This document shows, piece by piece, positions 28,639 to 37,675 of a stretch of DNA of 64,000 nt. How positions within the stretch are numbered: the first letter of the stretch is position 1; each line of letters starts with the position of its first letter. The notes under the pieces are model-generated. The model was given only the letters and a program-made list of their open reading frames with translations. It made no database searches and was not told where the DNA came from. Origin of the DNA: an uncultured Dehalococcoidia bacterium (GTDB lineage Bacteria; Chloroflexota; Dehalococcoidia; Lucifugimonadales; UBA3495); contig CAYFGT010000001.1 in NCBI GenBank assembly GCA_964343075.1, positions 95,795-159,794 on the forward strand. Reading direction: 5' to 3'. A program made the position numbers and the translations under genes.

Positions 28639-29465
28639 TTCGAACGGTATTTAGGGTAAGACCCAAATACCGTTAACTTATCTACCAGCGATTCAATTTT
28701 TGTAAAGCAATTGGATATTACAGGTTCTTTCCGATGCCCCACACAGTCTATAAGAAAATGATATCGACCTAAAACCTCTTTAGTTGGCCTAGATTCGATT
28801 TTAGTCAAATTAATTGAATTAATTGCAAAAATTCCTAATACTTCATACAAACTACCTGGACGATCTTCTTTAAAAGAAATACATATCGAAGTTTTATCAT
28901 CTCCAGTAGCTTCATGATCTGAATGGTCCAATATTATAAATCTAGTTTCGTTATTCTCTTGGTCTTGTATCCGGGAGTCAATGATATGGCCATTATATAT
29001 GTCTGCTGTTCGTTTTGGCCCAATAGCTGCACTAGGTTTTTGGTCGCTTAGCATAGTGGTAACTGCGGTCGCATTACTTAATGACGCGATTTGTTCTGCA
29101 TCAGGAAATCTGGATTGCAAATAGTTTTTGCACTGTCCTAATGACTGAGGGTGAGAATATATAAATTCTATTTCTTCGGGCTCAGTTGTTGGTTTGGTAA
29201 TTAAATAGTGATTAATTGGCAGTATTACTTCCCCTGTTACACGTAATTCAGGGTTATTTATGAGTAAGTCTTGCGAGTACGTAACAGGCCCTTCTAAACT
29301 ATTTTCAATTGGGATGATACCGATAGTTTCCGCATTATTTAGCACCGCCTGTACTACCCGCGCTATAGTGGATTCTGCAACTCTTGCTAAAGAAGAATCG
29401 TATAAAATTGCGGCTTCTTCAGTAAATGTTCCTTCAGGACCAAGATACGCAAATGACTTGCCCAT
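28635..29465 (-). CDS. pheA: prephenate dehydratase
   Basis: YLGPEGTFTEEAA, TRFIIL and an ACT domain with ESRP. Confidence 0.85.
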   Translation of the reverse strand: MGKSFAYLGPEGTFTEEAAILYDSSLARVAESTIARVVQAVLNNAETIGIIPIENSLEGPVTYSQDLLINNPELRVTGEVILPINHYLITKPTTEPEEIEFIYSHPQSLGQCKNYLQSRFPDAEQIASLSNATAVTTMLSDQKPSAAIGPKRTADIYNGHIIDSRIQDQENNETRFIILDHSDHEATGDDKTSICISFKEDRPGSLYEVLGIFAINSINLTKIESRPTKEVLGRYHFLIDCVGHRKEPVISNCFTKIESLVDKLTVFGSYPKYRSN

Positions 29466-30133
29466 TATACCCCGGTTAATGCATTGTAGATTCTGCTTTC
29501 TTCATTACTGGGACCAGCAACTATTACTTGGTCTCCAGCTTGCAGTATTAGGTTGTTTGAAGGTCTGATGGTTTGATTTTCTCGTACTACTAGGCATATT
29601 AGGCAATTTGCTGGCATTTCCAGCCCAGATATTGGGGTGCTGTTCAAAACGACTTGGCTGTCGGACGGAATTGTTATCGAAATTAAATTAGTATTTCCAT
29701 TATTAATAGGTAAGACATGATTGATCATCGTTTCAGATATAGAGTTCTCGAGTTGTTGGAACGTAGAATAGTTTTTGTCTATTATGGTTTTGACACCTAT
29801 AACATGAAATAAAGATTCTAGGTTGCTGTTGTTTACTATAGCGACAGTTTGTTGGACGTTGTACAGATCATGCGCTGCTTGGCACACTACCAGATTTGCA
29901 CCATCATCATCGGTAAGAGCGAATATAATATCTGCAGGTCTGTTGATTCCTCCTTTCTCCAGGTGCTCTTTCTGAGTACCGTCACCGTGAATAATCATGC
30001 TTCCAAATTTATCCCATAGATATTCCGTTTTCTTATAGTCTTTTTCAATAATACATAGTTCATGTCCAGAACTAATTAACGATTCTGCGAGTAAGTGGCT
30101 CATTGGATTGTAACCTACGATAATTGCGAACAT
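29465..30133 (-). CDS. TrkA/KtrA-like RCK protein (RCK-N + RCK-C) with degenerate dinucleotide motif
   Basis: RCK-N layout, but VGYNPMS replaces GxGxxG. The C-terminal TrkA_C-like segment is LISITIPSDS...LQAGDQVIVAG. Confidence 0.7.
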   Translation of the reverse strand: MFAIIVGYNPMSHLLAESLISSGHELCIIEKDYKKTEYLWDKFGSMIIHGDGTQKEHLEKGGINRPADIIFALTDDDGANLVVCQAAHDLYNVQQTVAIVNNSNLESLFHVIGVKTIIDKNYSTFQQLENSISETMINHVLPINNGNTNLISITIPSDSQVVLNSTPISGLEMPANCLICLVVRENQTIRPSNNLILQAGDQVIVAGPSNEESRIYNALTGV

Positions 30134-30141
30134 GAGTATCT

Positions 30142-30573
30142 CTAAAACAATCTAGTTTGATTAGTATCAACCGGGATCGGGAACATGGAAGTCAAGGTTT
30201 CGGCTAGAAGGTTTTCCAAATTGATGACATTGAAATTCGATGAGTTATATAAGTCTGAAACCATATTATTATCACTTAGGCAGATAGCTTTTGGGACGTC
30301 ATGAATTAATTGCAGGTTCTTACATACCAGTACGTTTGCTAGATAATTATTAGAAACTGCAACACACACGTCAAATCGATCTATTCCTTGCACGTTATAT
30401 ATATCTTGGTCTGTGATTGCCAAATCAAGGATTCCAGTAACATTAGGGAAATGCCCAAGATAATCTAAGATTTCTTGATTTTCTGAAACGAGAGCAATTT
30501 TGTTTTGTTTGTTGAGCATGCTTCTAAGTGTGCTCTCGACTAAAGTATCATTGCCATACAGATATATATTCAT
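30142..30573 (-). CDS. stand-alone RCK-N-like domain protein, glycine motif lost
   Basis: 143 aa. The strand/helix pattern of TrkA_N is present (NIYLYGNDTLVES..., DVCVAVSNNYLANVLVC), but the motif reads YGNDTL. Confidence 0.45.
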   Translation of the reverse strand: MNIYLYGNDTLVESTLRSMLNKQNKIALVSENQEILDYLGHFPNVTGILDLAITDQDIYNVQGIDRFDVCVAVSNNYLANVLVCKNLQLIHDVPKAICLSDNNMVSDLYNSSNFNVINLENLLAETLTSMFPIPVDTNQTRLF

Positions 30574-31010
30574 AGTGCTATTTTACCATCTAGTGTCTTA
30601 TTACTGGTCCAAATGAGTGTGTTGCATCTCGAATGACGTATAACATATTTGGATGTTTTGTCGAAAGAGGCGCTTATCTCTTGGTTTGATTCAGGTACTA
30701 GGATTATGGTATCTGCCGAGATACTATTGGATCCCGCGACTATAGTTGGCCCAGTGGATCTACCTTGTAAGATGAGTGTCTGTATTTTTAATTTCTCTTC
30801 TATAGCTATAGCCTCGATTTCACTTAATACTTTTTCACCTTGATTATCCTGTGGTATCTCTGCATTCAGTGGTTCTGAGTACGGGATCAAGTTAATATAT
30901 GTAGCGACTATTTTCGATTTGGTGCGTTTGGCGGTCTTACAAATCCATCTGAAAGCAGTTTTGTTATTTTCAGTACCGTCCACTGCAACTAAAACTTTTT
31001 CTGATATCAT
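30570..31010 (-). CDS. universal stress protein (USP) family
   Basis: KVLVAVDGTENNKTAFRWI start and 146-aa size. I cannot find the G-x2-G-x9-G-S/T ATP motif. 4-nt overlap with the downstream gene. Confidence 0.6.
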   Translation of the reverse strand: MISEKVLVAVDGTENNKTAFRWICKTAKRTKSKIVATYINLIPYSEPLNAEIPQDNQGEKVLSEIEAIAIEEKLKIQTLILQGRSTGPTIVAGSNSISADTIILVPESNQEISASFDKTSKYVIRHSRCNTLIWTSNKTLDGKIAL

Positions 31011-31019
31011 GTTCTTATC

Positions 31020-31700
31020 CTATTCAGGCTCTTGAACTGACCCTTCACTTAATTTTTCAACTTGTTCAGTTCTTCCTGTTACAACAAGCAAATCTCCTAT
31101 CTTGATTTCCTCGTCTTTGGATGGATTTAAAATGTAATTCCTCCCTCGTCTCATAGCAAGTACGGCGACTCCGTTTCTCAGTTGTTTCCCTCCAAAACCA
31201 GCTTGTTCTATGGTTAAGTTATACATATCTTTTGGGGGTCGTATTTTACTAATACCTGCGTTGGGAGCAATCTCCATATAATCTAAGATATTATCGTTGA
31301 AATCCACATGAGCTACTCGTTTGGCACTTTCCATTTCTGGGTAGACAATTTTATCGGCTCCGATTTTATCCAAGGTTTCTCCATGAATGTCGCTACCTGC
31401 TCTTGCAATGATGTGAGGTATATTCATGCTCTTTAGCGTTACTGTGATTAATATACTAGCCTGCATGTTATCTGAACCAAGTGCAATCGCTGCCACATCG
31501 AACTCAGGAACTCCTAATTCTCTAAGCGTTGTTTCATTAGTAGCGTCAGCTCGAACGGCGTATGTGACTGAACCCAACATATCTTGAATTCGTTCATCAT
31601 CGGTATCTATAGCTAACACATCATGGCCAGCCTGGTAGAATTCTTTCGCCATCGTTGATCCAAATCTTCCTAGTCCAATAACACATACTTGTTTTTTCAT
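31020..31700 (-). CDS. trkA: potassium uptake regulatory protein TrkA/KtrA (canonical RCK)
   Basis: VCVIGLGRFGSTMAKEF (intact GxGxxG), followed by an RCK-C domain. Confidence 0.85.
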   Translation of the reverse strand: MKKQVCVIGLGRFGSTMAKEFYQAGHDVLAIDTDDERIQDMLGSVTYAVRADATNETTLRELGVPEFDVAAIALGSDNMQASILITVTLKSMNIPHIIARAGSDIHGETLDKIGADKIVYPEMESAKRVAHVDFNDNILDYMEIAPNAGISKIRPPKDMYNLTIEQAGFGGKQLRNGVAVLAMRRGRNYILNPSKDEEIKIGDLLVVTGRTEQVEKLSEGSVQEPE

Positions 31701-31760
31701 AACGCCCCTATTTTATGGTTTGTTTCGTATATTAATCGTGGCTATTGTATACCACCAGAA

Positions 31761-33227
31761 TTAACCAAGTGTTACGCGTTCTCTGACGTATCTATATGAA
31801 GTTCTTTCTGTAACGAGAGAGAAAGCTAAATATAACGGGACTAATCGACCTAATATCATTGTCAGCGAGAACAATGTTGTACCAAAATTATCCAAGTGAG
31901 GCACTATTCCAGTTGAAGATCCTGTTGTTGCGTAAGCTGAGAATACATCGAACATGACATCGATAAAAGGTAAATTAGGGTGCAAAAAGGTGATAGTAGG
32001 AGCTACTACTAGAACAATAATTAGTGACATTATTGTTACGGTTAACGCCCGCATTACTTGGAAATGAGCTATTTCACGCCCAAATGCTTCTGCCTGAGAT
32101 CTTCCCTTCAAAGAGGAGATCACAGCTGCTGCTAGTACTGCTAGTGTAGTAGTCTTTATTCCACCTGCAACTGAACCAGGAGAACCTCCTATTAACATGA
32201 GTATGGAATATATGATCTTTGTAAAGTCAGTAGCCTCTTGGAAGTTTACAGTTGTAAATCCTGCTGTTCTTCCGCTCACTGTGTGGAATAGTGAAGCAAA
32301 TAATTGATCTAACAAGTTAACTGTTCCTATGGTATTTTCGTTTTGATATTCCAATCCGAAAAATACAATTGCGCCAAGGCTCCAAAGTGCTAAATTGGTA
32401 CTAATTATCATTTTAGTGTTGAGGGTCAGTCTGTTAAAGTGCCTATTCCTGAAAATATCAACCATAGAAGCCCAGCCAAAACTGCCCAAGATAATAAGAA
32501 TGGCTACAGTTGTCATCAAACCGTAGCTTTGGGCAATTAGGTTTGCTCCATTGGGATTAATTGTAAAACCTGCGTTATTAAATGCTGAAACGGAAAGGAA
32601 AACAGAATGCCAAAGCCCATGGGTAGTTTGTACAGTGCTTAGATTGGATGTGAACACCCAGATAAGAAGAAAACCAAGTACATAAAACAACATTACTACC
32701 GCAATGATATTGAGTGCTAATCGTTTTAGGCCTTGCATGCGATCGAATCCCATGTCTCGCATTAACAGTCGTTGGGGTAAAGTAGATCTCTGTCCTACGA
32801 TGATTAATATGAAAGTAGCTGCGGTCATAAATCCAAGGCCGCCTACTGTCATCATAGTAAATATAGTGATATGCCCAAAAGTAGACCAATATTCCGGGGT
32901 CGACACTGCAGTATGTCCAGTCACAGTTGCGGCAGATGTGGCTGTAAGGATCGCTATACGAAATGGTGTAAAATTGTTGCTGCTGCAGGTTACAGTTTCA
33001 ATTATACAGTTGTTAGAGATGGGTAATAACAACAATATGGTCCCAACAAGTATGAAACCTAAAAACGCCAGCAATATGAATATGTGAGATCCATCCCATA
33101 TAGAGGTTCGGCGCATATCACTATGGGTTACCATAGTAGGTCCACTTTCGGTAATTCTAGGTTGAGTGACTATCTGTTCTTCATGGGAGTTGAGAGGTGA
33201 ATTATTCAAAAACTGACATCCCTGCAT
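31761..33227 (-). CDS. trkH: potassium transporter TrkH/KtrB family
   Basis: Polytopic, with repeated pore-loop-like segments (TGHTAVS, AFNNAGFT, SGRTAGFT, ATTGSSTG). The start could be an internal Met (M32 or M38). Confidence 0.85.
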   Translation of the reverse strand: MQGCQFLNNSPLNSHEEQIVTQPRITESGPTMVTHSDMRRTSIWDGSHIFILLAFLGFILVGTILLLLPISNNCIIETVTCSSNNFTPFRIAILTATSAATVTGHTAVSTPEYWSTFGHITIFTMMTVGGLGFMTAATFILIIVGQRSTLPQRLLMRDMGFDRMQGLKRLALNIIAVVMLFYVLGFLLIWVFTSNLSTVQTTHGLWHSVFLSVSAFNNAGFTINPNGANLIAQSYGLMTTVAILIILGSFGWASMVDIFRNRHFNRLTLNTKMIISTNLALWSLGAIVFFGLEYQNENTIGTVNLLDQLFASLFHTVSGRTAGFTTVNFQEATDFTKIIYSILMLIGGSPGSVAGGIKTTTLAVLAAAVISSLKGRSQAEAFGREIAHFQVMRALTVTIMSLIIVLVVAPTITFLHPNLPFIDVMFDVFSAYATTGSSTGIVPHLDNFGTTLFSLTMILGRLVPLYLAFSLVTERTSYRYVRERVTLG

Positions 33228-33255
33228 AGATTTGTCTGTATTTTATGATGGACCA

Positions 33256-33283
33256 ATTATACCAGTGCGGGATTGTTGTGTAA
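33256..33283 (-). promoter_or_regulatory. candidate promoter for the trkH operon
   Basis: On the minus strand: TTACAC (33283-33278), 16-nt spacer, TGgTATAAT (33264-33256). Confidence 0.4.
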
Positions 33284-33357
33284 CGATTATAGGGTGGACT
33301 ACTTTTGTCAATCTATATAATATATATGATGAAAACCCAGATATATAAGGTGTATTA

Positions 33358-35841
33358 ATGTCGAGCAATCATAATCAAGTGTCATTACGATATAACCCTA
33401 TAAAAATAGACAAAAAATGGCAAGATAAATGGACTGAAACGTCAATATATGACGTGTCTGACGAATCAGATAAACCTAATTGGTATGAAATGACTATGTA
33501 CCCTTACCCATCTGGGGATCTCCATATAGGGCACTGGTATGCTTTTTCACCTTCTGATTGCCATGCTAGATTTAGAAGAATGCAAGGTTATAACGTATTG
33601 CACCCCATAGGGTTTGATGCTTTTGGTTTGCCAGCAGAGAATGCTGCCATTAATCGGGGCATCCATCCTAAAATATGGACTATGCAAAACATAACAACTA
33701 TGAGAGATCAATTGAAGTCACTAGGTGCAGTGTATGACTGGAATAGAGAAGTTGTATGCTGCGAGCCTGAGTATTATGAATGGAATCAATGGTTGTTCCT
33801 AAAGTTTTTTGAAAAAGGACTGGCATATAAACAAAAAGCACCAGTGGTTTGGTGTCCGTCTTGCAATACAGTTTTAGCCAACGAACAAGTGGTGAACGGG
33901 AATTGTGAGCGTTGTGACACCCCGATTACCAGAAAAGACTTAGAACAATGGTTCCTTAGGATAACAGATTATGCTGATGAACTGCTGGACTTTGATGGTT
34001 TAATAGACTGGCCAGAAAAGATTTTGACTATGCAGCGTAATTGGATTGGTAAAAGTGAAGGTGTTGAAATTCAATTCGATCTGATCAACCCTGAAAATGG
34101 GGAATTGATTGATAAAGAAATAACTACATTCACCACGCGTATCGATACCATTTTTGGGGTTACATTTATGGCTATGGCGCCGGAGCATAATTTAGTCAAC
34201 AAGTTGGTTACATCTGAAAATAGAGATGCAGTTACCAATTATGTAGAAAAAGCTCGTCAAACTTCCGAAATAGATCGATTGTCTACAGACAAAGTTAAGA
34301 CAGGTCAGTTTTTGGGATCCTACGCAGTGAACCGGTTTAATGGTCAAAGGATTCCGATATATGTGGCAGATTACGTATTACCAAATTACGGTACCGGAGT
34401 AGTAATGGGAGTACCTGCGCATGACGAACGAGATTTTGTGTTTGCGAACAATTATGATATTGATGTTATACAAGTTGTATCTCCGAACAGTGAGGCATTC
34501 CTTGAGTTGGACGAAGCATTTACTGATGATGGAATATTAATAAATTCCGGAGATTATTCGGGATTGGACAATCGGGAGGCGATTAGAATTTTAGGTTCTG
34601 ATGTGGAATCACAAGGCTGGGGCAAAAGAACCGTCAGTTACCGGATAAGAGATTGGTTGATATCAAGACAGAGATACTGGGGTACTCCGATTCCAATGGT
34701 AACTTGTGACAATTGTGGTATTCAACCTGTGCCTTTTGAATCGTTACCAGTAGAACTTCCCCCTGATGCTGATTTCACACCGTCGGGAGAGTCTCCTCTC
34801 GCTACAAGTGAATCTTTTGTTAACACAGTTTGCCCTAATTGCGGAGGAAATGCAGAACGTGAAACCGATACGATGGACACTTTCTTCGATTCGTCATGGT
34901 ACATGTATAGATACCTTAATCCAGTATATAAAGAAGGTCCTTTTGAAAGTAAGTTGGTTAAATCATGGATGCCAGTAGATCAGTACACTGGCGGTGCAGA
35001 ACACGCAGTAATGCATCTGCTCTATTCAAGATTTTTCACCAAAGCTCTTCGAGATATGGGATTAATTGATTTTGATGAGCCTTTCTTGAGGTTGTTTAAT
35101 CAAGGCATTATATTAGGTCAAGATCATGAGAAAATGAGTAAGAGTCGAGGCAATGTGATCAATCCTGATGACGTTGTGGGCGTCATGGGAGCAGATGCTG
35201 TCCGGGTTTTCTTAATGTTTATAGGACCTTGGGACCAAGGAGGTCCATGGAGTAATGTTGGTATAAACGGAGTTGCTAGATGGTTAAATCGTATCTGGGG
35301 AATCGCATCAGAAACATATAACATTGATCCGGATAGCGTTGTTGATCAAGAAATAGAATCGTCCACAGAACAGCTACTTCACAAGACAATTAAGAAAGTT
35401 TACGAAGATTTAGACAAGTTTAAGTTTAATACAGCTATAGCATCTTTGATGGAATTATCTAATCATTTGAATAAAGTTTGGAATTCTAAGAATATCCATG
35501 CAGATGTCTGGGCTAACTGTATCAAACAATTTTTGCTAATGTTAGCTCCAATTGCCCCACATTTAGCTGAAGAGCTTTGGGAAATGAATGGATACGAATT
35601 TAGTATTCACAATCAAAATTTCCCTGACTGGGATGAATCTTTGGTAGCAGATGATGCAATCACTCTCATTGTACAAATAAACGGTAAATTAAGGGATACT
35701 ATCTCTGTGGATGCTGGTTTGAACCAAGATCAAGCACAATCAGCTGCTATAGCCAGTAGTAAAATACAAGGGCACATTAATGGAGGGGAAATTAAGAAAA
35801 TTATATATGTGCCTGATAGGCTAATTAATATTGTGATTTGA
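33358..35841 (+). CDS. leuS: leucine--tRNA ligase
   Basis: PYPSGDLHIGH (HIGH), KMSKSRGN (KMSKS), CP1 editing insertion, 827 aa. Confidence 0.95.
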   Translation: MSSNHNQVSLRYNPIKIDKKWQDKWTETSIYDVSDESDKPNWYEMTMYPYPSGDLHIGHWYAFSPSDCHARFRRMQGYNVLHPIGFDAFGLPAENAAINRGIHPKIWTMQNITTMRDQLKSLGAVYDWNREVVCCEPEYYEWNQWLFLKFFEKGLAYKQKAPVVWCPSCNTVLANEQVVNGNCERCDTPITRKDLEQWFLRITDYADELLDFDGLIDWPEKILTMQRNWIGKSEGVEIQFDLINPENGELIDKEITTFTTRIDTIFGVTFMAMAPEHNLVNKLVTSENRDAVTNYVEKARQTSEIDRLSTDKVKTGQFLGSYAVNRFNGQRIPIYVADYVLPNYGTGVVMGVPAHDERDFVFANNYDIDVIQVVSPNSEAFLELDEAFTDDGILINSGDYSGLDNREAIRILGSDVESQGWGKRTVSYRIRDWLISRQRYWGTPIPMVTCDNCGIQPVPFESLPVELPPDADFTPSGESPLATSESFVNTVCPNCGGNAERETDTMDTFFDSSWYMYRYLNPVYKEGPFESKLVKSWMPVDQYTGGAEHAVMHLLYSRFFTKALRDMGLIDFDEPFLRLFNQGIILGQDHEKMSKSRGNVINPDDVVGVMGADAVRVFLMFIGPWDQGGPWSNVGINGVARWLNRIWGIASETYNIDPDSVVDQEIESSTEQLLHKTIKKVYEDLDKFKFNTAIASLMELSNHLNKVWNSKNIHADVWANCIKQFLLMLAPIAPHLAEELWEMNGYEFSIHNQNFPDWDESLVADDAITLIVQINGKLRDTISVDAGLNQDQAQSAAIASSKIQGHINGGEIKKIIYVPDRLINIVI

Positions 35842-35854
35842 TAGGAGTTACCAT

Positions 35855-35884
35855 TTGTACAAATATGGTTATGTCAGATATAAT
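35855..35884 (+). promoter_or_regulatory. candidate promoter of the cobalamin operon
   Basis: TTGTAC (35855-35860), 18-nt spacer, perfect TATAAT (35879-35884). Confidence 0.5.
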
Positions 35885-35890
35885 GGCTAT

Positions 35891-36062
35891 CGTTCCAGAC
35901 GACTAAACTAGGGAAGGCGGTTAGATTCCGTCACGGTTGCGCCACTGTGTATACTGCGACAAAGTACAGTAGTAGTCAGAAACCTAGAAAATGTTTGATA
36001 TTCTGCGCAATACAGAAGACAGACCGTAGGTGTTTTACTTGCCAGATGGCAAGTTTTTTTTT
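35891..36062 (+). promoter_or_regulatory. cobalamin (B12) riboswitch with terminator expression platform
   Basis: AGGGAA (35910-35915), GGTTAGATTCCG, CGGTTGCGCCACTGT containing GCCACTG (35941-35947), B12-box-like AGTCAGAAACCT (35974-35985). CTAGG (35908-35912) is complementary to CCTAG (35983-35987). It sits directly upstream of cbiC. Confidence 0.75.
36037..36062 (+). terminator. intrinsic terminator hairpin (riboswitch OFF structure)
   Basis: ACTTGCC-AGAT-GGCAAGT followed by a run of 9 T, 28 nt before the cbiC ATG. Confidence 0.7.
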
Positions 36063-36090
36063 GTGATTATTGAGACCGAAGGAGGACTAA

Positions 36091-36747
36091 ATGAGCTTAG
36101 TTGAAGAACATGCTTTGCTGCCAGATGATATAGACAAGGGCAGTATTGGTATGGTCACAGCTAAATTGATCGAGAATGGATGGGAAGACGATTCGGAATT
36201 GTTTGTGGCTTCTAGAATTGTTCGAGCTGAAGGTGATATCAATATTTCGGAGTTTATCAAATTTAGCGACAAAGCAATTTCAAAAGCCATTGAAGCTTTG
36301 AGTAATAAGAAAACTATTGTGACTGATGTGAGAATGGTGCAAGTTGGAATATCAGAAGCACTATTGAACGAGGTAGGGGTATCTACTATATGTAAAATTA
36401 ATACGACAGAAGTTGCGGACCGAGCAAGAGCTGACAATACAACGAGATCAATAGCAAATATTAGGGAACTAAAGACTTATTTAGACGATGCAATTTTATG
36501 TGTTGGTAATGCTCCGACTGCGTTGTTGGAAATATTGGATTTGATTAGAGCTAAAATGATACGCCCCGCAATGGTTATTGGTATGCCAGTAGGATTTATA
36601 GCTTGTGCTGAATCAAAATATGAATTGACTCAGACTGAAGTGGAATACATAACTGTTACGGGAAACAGAGGGGGTAGTTCAGCAGCAGCGGCTACTGTAA
36701 ATGCTTTAGCTCTATTGGCATTGGATCAAAAGAAGAAAGAAGGGTAG
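36091..36747 (+). CDS. cbiC: cobalt-precorrin-8 methylmutase
   Basis: VGNAPTALLEILDLI and GNRGGSSAAAA motifs of CbiC/CobH. SD GAAGGAGG upstream. Confidence 0.85.
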   Translation: MSLVEEHALLPDDIDKGSIGMVTAKLIENGWEDDSELFVASRIVRAEGDINISEFIKFSDKAISKAIEALSNKKTIVTDVRMVQVGISEALLNEVGVSTICKINTTEVADRARADNTTRSIANIRELKTYLDDAILCVGNAPTALLEILDLIRAKMIRPAMVIGMPVGFIACAESKYELTQTEVEYITVTGNRGGSSAAAATVNALALLALDQKKKEG

Positions 36748-36749
36748 GC

Positions 36750-37625
36750 ATGAACTCAGATAATATTGGTATAGTTGTACTAGCTCATGGGAGCCAGAGA
36801 GGATTCACTAAAGATGAATGCTCTTGTCACCTGATTCCAAATGGGGATCACCAGACTATTGATGATATCCCTTGGTGCATGGAATGCCCGGATACCGCAA
36901 AAGGAGTAACGGAATTACGTGACATGATCCAAGGTAAAATGGGTAATGGTGCAGTCACAGTTATTAGTTCTTTTTTGGAATTTTTAGCTCCAGATCCCTT
37001 CCAGGCTGTAGAAGAGCTTGTATCTAAAGGCATAAGTAATATTGTGATATTCCCTTTTTTGTTAGGTAATGGTAAACATGCGACTCTAGAAATGGAAGAA
37101 ATAAGAGATGATTTGAGTGAAAAACATCCTGGGATATCCCTTCGAATAACTCAAGGTATTGGAGCTGATATCCGATTGGCGAATATTATAAAGGATCGAG
37201 CTCAAGTAGTTGTGACTGATGGAGAGGATGAATCTAAGCATGGTGTAATAATTGTAAAAGCGGGGACAAAAACAGAATATGATGACTGTGAGTGGTTGAG
37301 AGACATTTCTGAATTGGTTCAGGCACAACTAGGAGAATCGTTCGTTACTACTTACGCTCAATCCCATTATGGACTGCCTGAGATAGATGAACGCACCAAC
37401 TATTTGATAAAAACTCATGGAATAGACAAAATTACATTTGTTCCATATGTGTTTTTCCCGGGTCTGATATTGCAAAGAAATATAATGGGTAGCATCAAAA
37501 AATACCAAAAAGAGTTCTCAACCATGGAATTTGCGTTATGTCCGCCTTTAGGTATCACTACTGAGTTACGGGATATCGCAATAGATAGGATAGAGAACTC
37601 TCTAAAGAATGGATCTAATGATTAA
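36750..37625 (+). CDS. cbiX: sirohydrochlorin cobaltochelatase, long two-domain CbiX type
   Basis: Two CbiX-like halves (IVVLAHGSQR..., GVIIVKAGTKTE...; FPFLLGNGKH, VPYVFFPG). Carries a Cys-rich insert after the first HGS. Confidence 0.7.
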   Translation: MNSDNIGIVVLAHGSQRGFTKDECSCHLIPNGDHQTIDDIPWCMECPDTAKGVTELRDMIQGKMGNGAVTVISSFLEFLAPDPFQAVEELVSKGISNIVIFPFLLGNGKHATLEMEEIRDDLSEKHPGISLRITQGIGADIRLANIIKDRAQVVVTDGEDESKHGVIIVKAGTKTEYDDCEWLRDISELVQAQLGESFVTTYAQSHYGLPEIDERTNYLIKTHGIDKITFVPYVFFPGLILQRNIMGSIKKYQKEFSTMEFALCPPLGITTELRDIAIDRIENSLKNGSND

Positions 37626-37675
37626 TCAGCTCTGGTATATACTAGCTTATACAGCGTGATTGCGCGGGAAGTAAT

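Noticed and set aside
32578-33087. Overlapping ORFs of 103 and 127 aa inside trkH, on both strands.
   Set aside because: They are embedded in a polytopic transporter gene with a recognisable TrkH pattern. They have no independent signals and are typical alternative-frame ORFs of AT-rich membrane genes.
33285-33300. AGGGTGGAC upstream of leuS, which resembles the core of a T-box (AGGGTGGTACC).
   Set aside because: The leader is only 130 nt. It has no specifier-loop/stem I architecture and no terminator. The UGGA would not match the A discriminator of the tRNA-Leu seen here. On the opposite strand the same bases fall in the promoter region of trkH. It is most likely coincidence.
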